Source of the DNA: Octopus vulgaris
Lineage: Eukaryota
Direction of reading: 5' to 3'
DNA length: 64,000 bases
Assembly: GCA_951406725.2 (NCBI GenBank)
Contig: OX597831.1
Location: forward strand, 20,770,001-20,834,000
The notes under the pieces are model-generated. The model did no database searches. It was given only the letters and a program-made list of their open reading frames with translations, and had not been told where the DNA came from. Positions 53,598 through 64,000 of the stretch are shown here, one piece after another; within the stretch, counting starts at the first letter, position 1, and each line of letters starts with the position of its first letter. Made by a program: the position numbers and the translations under genes.

Positions 53598-54130
53598 CAA
53601 TAATATTAAGGAATGACCCTGACAGGCCGTTCAACTCACTTTGAAAAGAGCAGCTAAACTCAAACCGCAAAATAGTAGTAATTCTGAAACTAAAGGAGAA
53701 ATAAAAACATTTATCGGTGGATTTCGAAAATTTAGGATATATAAACTCGAGACTTCGATGGTGCTGCCTCGTGTGTATATATTTTCCTTTTCTTTGGCGA
53801 CTTTGTTGATGAGACAAGCCAATCGTAAACGGATTTAATTTAATTTAATTAAATTCGATTACGTAAAAATGTTGAAACCATGCATGGTACAAAGTTGAAG
53901 GGGATAAATGTTTTTATTTCTCCTTTAGATTCAGAATTACTACTATTTTGCGGTTTGAGTTTAGCTGCTCTTTTCAAGTGAGTTGAACGGCCTGTCAGGG
54001 TCATTCCTTAATATTATTGTCGAATATATTATATAGTCTGTGACTATTTCTACTTTCTCACTTGACCGCTGGTTGCAGAAAATTTTTCTTGAATTTTTCT
54101 TGAATTTTTTTGCTACCCTTATATTGATTA
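53597..54130. mobile_element. Inverted-repeat element (arms 53597-53715 and 53903-54020) plus right tail, between TA arrays
   Basis: ~119-bp near-perfect reverse-complement arms with a 187-bp spacer. Confidence 0.88.
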
Positions 54131-54188
<58 letters not shown>

Positions 54189-54493
54189 GTATATACTTGT
54201 ATTTATATGTATATTTATATATTGCATGTGTGAGAAAATAGGTAAATTAAAGGTAGACAGAATGATAGAGAGATCGATTGTAAAGAATGAGTTAGAGAGT
54301 TTGATGGAGTAGACTGATATTATCCAAGACAATTAGATTAACATTAAATGAGATGTCTAAGCATCACGTGTTTCTGTAATCTCTATTTCCGGTCAGGGTC
54401 TGATAAATACCAAATCAATATTTACAACAGGGAAATTGGAATTTGGACTTCGCAACAAACGCAGCCAAATGCAGCAGCACCAATAACAATAAC

Positions 54494-54543
<50 letters not shown>

Positions 54544-55124
54544 TAATAATAATAATAATAATGATAATAATAATAGCTACAATAAAAACAATAGCAACAA
54601 CAATATCAACAGCAACAACAATAATAATAATCATCATGATAATATTAATAACAACATACACCACAAAACTAAAAAAAAAACAAAAGAATAATATTATGAC
54701 GGTAATAGTTATGATAGTGTTATTGTTGTTCTTGGTGACGTCGGTGGCTATTTCTTAATTTATCGCCAGGATAGAAGATATATCACAATGCATAAGCGAA
54801 GTGAAATAGTCTGGGTTTCAGACACATGCACATGTAGAAATGTAGTTATTACTCCATAGTTACGTATATACAAATATTTACTCCCACGCACCATACACAA
54901 TGAATGCATAAAATATGAATTACACTGCATACGTTCATAATCATACTTATACCCACATATATACGTACATAAGCTTGTGCGTCTATCTCTAAGTGTATTT
55001 GTGTGTGTGTGTGAGTTTGTATATATATATATTCTTTCCTTTCCTTTTCTGAGCTTCCAATAACACTATTTATTCCACGTCCTCGAGTTGTTGTTTTTTC
55101 TTGCTTGTTCATGTTTGGATTGAC

Positions 55125-55158
<34 letters not shown>

Positions 55159-55283
55159 CATATATATACATATACATATATACATACATACATACATACA
55201 TACATACATACATACATACATACATACATTCTTACATACATACATACATACATACATACATTCTTACATACATACATACATAC

Positions 55284-55343
<60 letters not shown>

Positions 55344-55826
55344 CCTTTGTCTGTGGTATCTTTATTCCCTCTTGGATCCTCATTTCTTTTCTCCTGATGT
55401 CCTTTGCTTTAGCTAAACCTACCCCCCGCTGTCTTTATTGCTACTATAGAATTTTGTCTGCAACAGTTAGATGAGAACTTAACCGTGGTATGATGAGCAT
55501 TTTCCCTCATGCCTCTTGGAACTTATACCCACATATTTATGAGTAAATTTATCTTCTCTGGGATGTTAATAATCAATTTAAAAACTTTGTATTGTTGGAA
55601 AACATATCTAGTCTGCTTGGAATCTTACTTCAGATTCATGGAACTCACTACTATAACTTCATAAAGATATGTACACTCTCTAAGATAGTTGGAAAACATA
55701 TATGTGATTTAGCTGATGAATACTTGACATTATATTTGCTGTAATATTTGCAGCTTGAAATAAAATGTTTATAGTATGAAACAATTGTACTAATCTACCA
55801 ATCCATTCTTGTTGCTTTTTTCTTGG

Positions 55827-55860
<34 letters not shown>

Positions 55861-55924
55861 ATATATACTAAAAATAAAGCAGATATGGACATATATTCTG
55901 CTATTAGCAGAATATGAATCTTGT

Positions 55925-56580
55925 CCAGGTATTCATTGATTTAATTGTGAATAGGGCCTTGCTATGGAAAATACTTGGGAAACGTGGATGTCCAGATCAA
56001 ATTGTATCTATAATTAAATAATTTCTAGATGAAATGGGCGCTTGGGTCAATGTCGGTGGTTGTATAGCGGGAACCATTCCTGTAGAGAAAGGTGTCAAGC
56101 AGAGTGCCATTCTTGTCCCAACTCTCTACCCTTAGTTCTTTGCTGCTGTTTTTACTCATGCTTTGGGAATATATGTCAGGTGTTGATATTCTGGCTTCCT
56201 CTTTAATCTGCTCTGATTTGCTGCCAATTCAAAAGTTTTCCAGTTTCTTATTCGTGACCTCCTTTATGCAGATGACTGTAACTTAGTCACTCGTACAGTG
56301 GATGACATGCAAATACTTATGAATCGTATTTCTGCTTCTTGCAAGGCACTTGGATTCAGAATTAGCCTGGATAAGACTGTTATAATGTTCCAGCCTGCAC
56401 CAGGAAATCTACATGTGGGACCAGCTATCTTGGTTGACGGAACAATACTGAAATTAGACAAGTTTGTCTACCTGGGCAGCACACTCAGCCGTTCTTGCTC
56501 CCTGGATGATGATATATCTTTCAGGCTGCATAGAGCAACTGATTCCTTCCAGTCTCTTCAGTCTCGTGTCTGCAAGTGCT
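55925..56580 (+). pseudogene. RTE (BovB-like) reverse transcriptase fragment
   Basis: LWKILGKRGCP, GVKQSAILVPTL, DLLYADDC, LGFRISLDKT, FVYLGSTLS..LDDDISFR. Confidence 0.9.
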
Positions 56581-57210
56581 AAAAATAGCTTTCCTTGAAG
56601 TCATTGGCCCTCATGGATGTATAGTGCCCTGTAATGCTATCTGATGGTTTAAAGTTGCTCTGTATATCACGACCCATGAGACGTAGGATCTTCCTAGAGG
56701 GTAGCTGGTATGGTTTCGAAAGCTGCAGGTTAGGGTTTGGGGTTGTGTGAGTAACGACCCTGCCAGTTCGCCGCCTTATTTGTATGAACTATTGAAATAG
56801 AAAGTTTGAGTAAATCTCGTACAGAGACCTTTTAGAGGAGAAAACTATTGAAGAGAATATCAGATTTCTGTACAGCATGTGCAGAAAGTTTGTCCAAGGT
56901 GCACTCTCGTTGTATTGGTAAAACACATTGTAAGAGTTTCAGAAAAGTCCATGCCGAGATACAGTGAAAAATCAGTGAAAAAATCATACTTGGAAGTGTG
57001 GTGAAGTGACTTTAGGCTATAGATCAGTGACATAAGTTCATGAAAAGACTAGGGAAGAATGTCCATTCACAGACTGTAAAACCAAAGTTCATGCAGTAAC
57101 TAGAACCTAGAGATCAAATATGGACTGTGGTCAAATTCTATACTTGAACATACCTAGATTAGAAATCAACCCCATACTATGAAAACAAGCTTGTTTGTCT
57201 ACATACGGTG

Positions 57211-57291
<81 letters not shown>

Positions 57292-57302
57292 TATATAGAA
57301 GG

Positions 57303-57353
57303 AGCTTCTACAGGACTAGAACTGTTTCATTCAAGAGAAATCTTCAGGAAGCT
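57303..57353 (-). ncRNA. Type-I hammerhead ribozyme (mirror copy)
   Basis: Reverse complement of 59611-59661. Confidence 0.85.
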
Positions 57354-57614
57354 AGTTAACAAGAATTGTATTGGCATTTATACATTTAGGCAGGTTTAGG
57401 CAGGTATGTGTATATGTATGTGTATATGTATGTGTATGTATATATATGTGTATGTGTGTGTGTGTGTATACATGTGTGTATGTGTATGTATGTATGTATA
57501 TATATGCGTGTGTATGTGTATGTGTATATGTACATATACGCGTACGCTCGTGTGTTTATGTATATGTAGGTACGTAGAGTTATCTATGTGTGTATTTATA
57601 TGTACATGTGTAAG

Positions 57615-57676
<62 letters not shown>

Positions 57677-57712
57677 TGTATGTATGTGTGTATGTGTATA
57701 TATATGTGTATA

Positions 57713-57771
<59 letters not shown>

Positions 57772-58161
57772 AAGTTTATATGTATGTATCCGTCTATATA
57801 ATAGGTAACTGCACGTACATATACTTAATATTTATTATTTATTTTTTGAGTATGCATGTATGAATAACTGCGCGTATATATATTTTACTATTTACTTATT
57901 TTTTGAGTATGCATGTAAGTATGAATATAAGGAGGCGCGTGTGTGTGTGTGTGTATGTGTAAGCATAGATATATGTATACTTTTACGCATGGGTGTACTT
58001 ATGTGTATATATGGATGCGCGCGTGTGTGTGTGTGTATGGGTACGCATGTACATGTGTATGTGCGTGTATGAGTATATGAGTATGTATGTATGTGTGTGC
58101 GTATATTTGTATATGTATGTATGTATATGTATGTGTGTGTATGAATATATATGTATATATG

Positions 58162-58193
<32 letters not shown>

Positions 58194-58414
58194 GATATAT
58201 ATATGCGCGTATATATATGTATGTATGTGGGTGTGTGTATGTGTATAAATGTATGTATGTATGGATGTATGGATGTATGTATGTATGTATACGTATGTAT
58301 GTGTATGTGTGTATATGTATGTATGTGTATGTGTGTATATATGTGTATATGTGTGTATATGTGTATATATGTGTATGTATGTATGTGTATGTATATATGT
58401 GTATATATATGTGA

Positions 58415-58478
<64 letters not shown>

Positions 58479-59610
58479 ATTTGTATGTAGGTGTACGTGT
58501 ATGTGTGTGTATTTATATTTATTGGTGTATATGTATAGACTAGCCTTCTAAGAGTGTAGACATGAATCTGTACGTACGCGTACTTATGTGTATATACGTG
58601 AATGTATGTAGATGTATGTATGTATGAATATAACGCGTGCGTGCGTGTATGTGTATGAGTGTACGAATGAGTGAGTGTACATGCTAAAGAGTGTGCGTGA
58701 GTGAATGAGTGCTTGTTTTCCAGTAGACAGATAAATGGACTGGCTGTCATAGCCAAGATGTTTGTGACCAAGCGGCCAAAGATAACAAAAGTAATAAACG
58801 AAGATAATAAAATTAAAATTAGGGAATGGGTCTGTATTTGTATGTGTATATATATATGTGTGTATGTGTAGGTATGCATAGGTACACATATGTATATATA
58901 TATATATATTTATATATGTATATATATATATGTATGTGTATGTATGTGTGTGTATATATGTGTGTATGTGTATATATGTGTATATAGGGACTAGTGTGCT
59001 GTGTGTGCATGTGTGTGTGTGGATTTGTGTGTGTATGCGTGTATGTGAGTATGTGTGTGTATGTGTATATATATTTTTCTGTGTGTATATGTATGTGTGG
59101 TCGTGTGTGTATATATACATGTGTGTATACGTGTATGCATGTGAGTGTGTGTATGTATACATATATGTGTATGTGTAGATATGTATATGTATGTGTAAGT
59201 GTATATATATGTATATATATATGTGTGTGTATGTATGTGTGTATGTATATGTATATATGTTTGTATGCGTGTGTATATATGTATACATATGTGCATAGGT
59301 ATAAGTGAGAATCTCCTTATTTACCTAAAACTCTATTCCCCCTTTTTTTTATATATATATATTTTTTTTTATTTTTATTTTTATTTATTTTATTTAAATT
59401 TTTTTTTTTAATTTTTTTTTATTTTTTATTTTTTATTTATTTATTTATTTTTTTTTTTATTTATTTATTATTCTATCTAATTTAACACTGACTCCTTGAC
59501 CACTCACCCAAGTATGATATTTTGCGCTATGCCTACCCCCAAAAAGTCCCCCACCAACACCCCTTTAAACCTGCCTAAATGTATAAATGCCAATACAATT
59601 CTTGTTAACT

Positions 59611-59661
59611 AGCTTCCTGAAGATTTCTCTTGAATGAAACAGTTCTAGTCCTGTAGAAGCT
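59611..59661 (+). ncRNA. Type-I hammerhead ribozyme
   Basis: AGCTTC-CTGAAGA-TTTC(TCTT)GAAT-GAAA-CAG(TTCTAGTC)CTG-TA/GAAGCT: 6-bp stem I, complete core; cleavage predicted after A59655. Confidence 0.85.
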
Positions 59662-59742
59662 CCTTCTATATAATAAATTAATTTTACTCTGCTATGTATT
59701 GAGTACCTTATTTACTGTGGTTAACCCCGAATCAACCCGGGA

Positions 59743-59789
<47 letters not shown>

Positions 59790-59792
<3 letters not shown>

Positions 59793-59939
59793 CTTGCTTA
59801 TGAACCACATGGTTCCGGGTTCAGTCCCATTGCGTGGCACCTTGGGCAAGTGTCTTCTACTATAGCCTCGGGCCGACCAAAGCCTTGTGAGTGGATTTGG
59901 TAGACGGAAACTGAAAGAAACTCGTCGTATATATGTATG

Positions 59940-59990
<51 letters not shown>

Positions 59991-60060
59991 TTGTGTATAT
60001 GTTTGTGTGTCTATGTTTGTCCCCCCAACATTGACTGAAACAAGTAAAAGAGTAAAAGGG
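59790..60060 (+). mobile_element. SINE family B
   Basis: AGCTTGCTTATGAACCACATGGTTCCGGGTTCAGTCCC..CCTTGGGCAAGTG..GACTGAAACAAGTAAAAGAGTAAAAG. Confidence 0.85.
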
Positions 60061-60443
60061 GGTAGATAACACATGAGCCATACGAGGACTTAAACAAATC
60101 CTTCTTGACCTCCTCTTCTTCCACCGGTCTCTCATTGCCATCATCATCAGCATCATCATAATCATTGCGACCCTCACTACCACCAGTACCGCAATTACAA
60201 ACACTATCGCCACCACTTTCGCCACCACCTTCTGCACCAAAACCATCTCAACCTCCGCCTTCGCCGCCGTTATCGTTTGTTATCATTGTGGTCGCGAAAC
60301 AACAATAGAAATTACAGCAGAAACAGCAAATGACAGCGAAAATAAGGTGATGCAAGCCATGTTAAAACATCGTTTGGTATTTGTGATAAACCTTCAGGCA
60401 AACTCGCATATGCTCGCTCATGCACACGCACGCACGCACATGT

Positions 60444-60485
<42 letters not shown>

Positions 60486-60599
60486 TTATATACTTACACA
60501 TATACAGATGTGGATGTACATACACGCACGTACACACACATATATATATACATACACTCTACATATATGTTAATGTATATATTTATATATTTATGTATC

Positions 60600-60905
<306 letters not shown>

Positions 60906-61044
60906 AGTGTTGAAAATATCTCAAGCCATGCTTTTAAATTGTGGAGCTCACTACACCCTCCGCCACAACCAATGTCATCGCAATAATTAATACCCCTACC
61001 CACACCATCATCCCACCACCATCACCACCACCAGCACCGTCGTC

Positions 61045-61078
<34 letters not shown>

Positions 61079-61413
61079 GCACCAGCATCAGCGCCACTAC
61101 CACAAACCAACTCCATCACTTCCAGCTGACGATAGCATGAATCAGTCAATCTGGAGTCAATTTACATGAAATCTCGTTTCAATACAAATTAATTACTAGA
61201 TTTAATTAAAGTGAACTGTTTAAAATATCCACAATGTTTTAAGAATTTATTTCAAATGGATTTTGATTGCAGGAATTGTTTACTTTTGAGTGGGGTTCGT
61301 CTTGCATTTTATTTTAATTTGACTTCCTTCTTAGTTTGATTTTCTTTTCTAATTTAAAAAAAAAAATTTCCTCGTAATTAATTCAAGAAGTGTGTATATG
61401 TATATATATATAC

Positions 61414-61486
<73 letters not shown>

Positions 61487-61567
61487 CATATATATATGTA
61501 TATATATATGTGTGTGTGTGTGTGTGTGCCTGTATATATATATATATATATACTGTATATACAGACA

Positions 61568-61614
<47 letters not shown>

Positions 61615-61667
61615 CATACATATATATATGTACATGTATATATATATACGTATATATATATATATAG

Positions 61668-61718
<51 letters not shown>

Positions 61719-61989
61719 TGTGTGTGTATGTGAATGTATGTGTGCCTATGTGTATTTCAGACGAAAATATGTCTACTTACAGATAATAAATTAGCTCATT
61801 ACATACCCCGATCGTGTTCACAAAGTACTGAAAATATGTCATCCGGAAAGGGCCTATAAGTTTAAATGCCGAAAAGCGAAAGGAGCCGCATCCCGCCCGA
61901 TCTAATTAGTGTTTCATAATGCGCAAAACCTAAACTTACGAAGAGTTGGTCTTCGGTAGACTCAACACAATAAATCTCTTCTTCATTTA

Positions 61990-63325
61990 CTTGCACGAAG
62001 TCTGCTTGTCTCAGAAGAACTGAATTTGGTTGAAGATTATCAAATTTGCTATCTTCAAATTGGTTTCCGTACCAATCCTCGCCTACGGTTATAACTATTG
62101 AGTAACGGTCACAAGAAAATAGTCGCTAATACAACTGGCCGAAATAGGATTCCTCCGTAGGATCTCAGGCGTAAAGTTACTCCCCGTTGAGTCAATCCTT
62201 ATTGAGTACATACTTCTCTGTACGTAGAAACGATAGCCACAGCCTTATGCTGAGCCAACCGGCAAGACACATAGGAATAGACCAAGAACACAGGAATAGA
62301 CCAAGAACATAGGAATAGACCAAGAACATAGGAATAGACCAAGAACATAGGAATAGACCAAGAACATAGGAATAGACCAAGAACATAGGAATAGACCAAG
62401 AACATGGGAATAGACCAAGAACATGGGAATAGACCAAGAACATAGGAATAGACCAAGACACATAGGAATAGACCAAGAACATAGGAATAGACCAAGAACA
62501 TAGGAATAGACCAAGAACATGGGAATAGACCAAGAACATAGGAATAGACCAAGAACATAGGAATAGACCAAGAACATAGGAATAGACCAAGAACATAGGA
62601 ATAGACCAAGAACATAGGAATAGACCAAGAACATAGGAATAGACCAAGAACATAGGAATAGACCAAGAACATAGGAATAGACCAAGAACATAGGAATAGG
62701 CCAAGAACATAGGAATGGACCAAGAACATAGGAATAGACCAAGAACATAGGAATTGACCAAGAACATAGGAATAGACCAAGAACATAGGAATAGACCAAG
62801 AACATAGGAATAGACCAAGAACATAGGAATAGACCAAGAACATAGGAATAGACCAAGAACATAGGAATAGACCAAGAACATAGGAATAGACCAAGAACAT
62901 GGGAATAGACCAAGAACATAGGAATAGACCAAGACACATAGGAATAGACCAAGAACATAGGAATAGACCAAGAACATAGGAATAGACCAAGAACATGGGA
63001 ATAGACCAAGAACATGGGAATAGACCAAGAACATAGGAATAGACCAAGAACATAGGAATAGACCAAGAACATAGGAATAGACCAAGACACATAGGAATAG
63101 ACCAAGACACATAGGAATAGACCAAGAACATAAGAATAGACCAAGAGCCAACCAGCAAGACACATAGGAATGAACCAGACTCAGTTGGCTTCGCTTGGGA
63201 ATGGATCCAGAATATCTCATGACGCTGCTTCTTATGGGACCCTATGAAATGTAGTGGGTGTAGATTCTTCAGGATTCTACTTCCACTACCCTCCCAAGAA
63301 TAATGGTCAAAGAAGATGAACAGAT
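61990..63325 (+). mobile_element. Decayed RTE-group LINE 3' region split by a minisatellite
   Basis: KFAIFKLVSVPILAYG..IQLAEIGFLRRISGVKL..PTGKTHRNRPRT..LSWLRLGMDPE. Confidence 0.72.
62270..63146. repeat. 19-bp minisatellite, ~46 copies
   Basis: Unit CATAGGAATAGACCAAGAA with CATGGG and 20-bp GACACATAGG variants. Confidence 0.97.
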
Positions 63326-64000
63326 GAATATATTACTGAGATAGTTCATCGGTTGTTTTTGTTCCAAGCTGAAATTTAAAATATACTAATCGCTGTTGTG
63401 TACAGCAAAGAAGAAACGTTTCTCTAATTGAGAGATTCTTCACTAATTTTTGTTGCTTTCTTTGCTTCTTCAAGATATGGTTCTGTTTTTGTTTTTTGCT
63501 TTTGAGTCTCCCTCCGGCAGATTTTCTTATTGTTACTCTTCATCATCACAAAACTGTGTCGCTGATGCTACTGAACCTGCTGGTGCTCTAGTGGTGTTTG
63601 TAGTCCTGGTAGTGCTGCTGGTTACTACGGTTACTGTAGCAGGGGAACATGACATCTGATCGTTAGCTTACCTTCTGAGATAATGATTGCAATTACTTCT
63701 GTCATCTATGAAACTGTAACCTATATTGTAGTGTTGCTGAAAGAAGGGCTTGTGATGTTTCTCTTCTGTGATCAACAACAACGAGGATTACAGGAACTCT
63801 TATTACCGCCACTGTCGGCGCGAATGGAAGTGGTGTTAGGAGAGGAAGCCCTAAAAGTTATGCTTCTATTGTTGGGGATCCATCACTCTCTGTCTTTCCG
63901 CCTTTACACCAGGTAGAATAACCTCAAATGTTTTTGGGCTTTTTTTTTTACCTTCGACTCACCAGCCACTTTACCTTTCCCTCTGCACACTCTGCATGAC

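Larger units (their letters stand above)
57286..59744. mobile_element. Penelope-like element with inverted 113-bp arms (57286-57398 and 59566-59678), ~2.2-kb microsatellite-bloated interior and right tail
   Basis: Apparently perfect reverse-complement arms each holding a hammerhead; flanked by (TA)n on both sides. Confidence 0.85.

Noticed and set aside
62192-63220. Three overlapping 300+ aa hydrophobic ORFs, and a CRISPR-like look
   Set aside because: Product of a 19-bp tandem repeat lacking minus-strand stops; no unique spacers, no cas genes, eukaryotic context.

Overview
Eukaryotic, AT-rich, microsatellite-saturated DNA with no recognisable host protein-coding exon. The repeat landscape resembles an octopus/coleoid cephalopod genome (inference, not verified). 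Nearly all ORFs in the track are microsatellite artefacts. Real content: (1) a young, near-intact 5' half of a CR1/L2-group LINE (minus strand, 1-~2950). Its ORF1 carries a Myb/SANT-like domain plus two CCCH fingers, and its AUG-less ORF2 is reachable by a -1 slip at a U_UUU_UUA heptamer. (2) Several TA-microsatellite-embedded inverted-repeat elements, including a perfect 457-bp palindrome, three of which carry outward-facing pairs of type-I hammerhead ribozymes with unusual cores; these are probably Penelope-like pseudo-LTR derivatives. (3) Decayed Helitron, mariner, DD41D Tc1/mariner, hAT, RTE, CR1 and Penelope fragments. (4) At least three tRNA-derived SINE families, one forming head-to-tail multimers and one sharing its 3' end with the CR1 LINE. 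(5) A 19-bp minisatellite born inside an RTE ORF. All calls are by eye; remnant boundaries are approximate.
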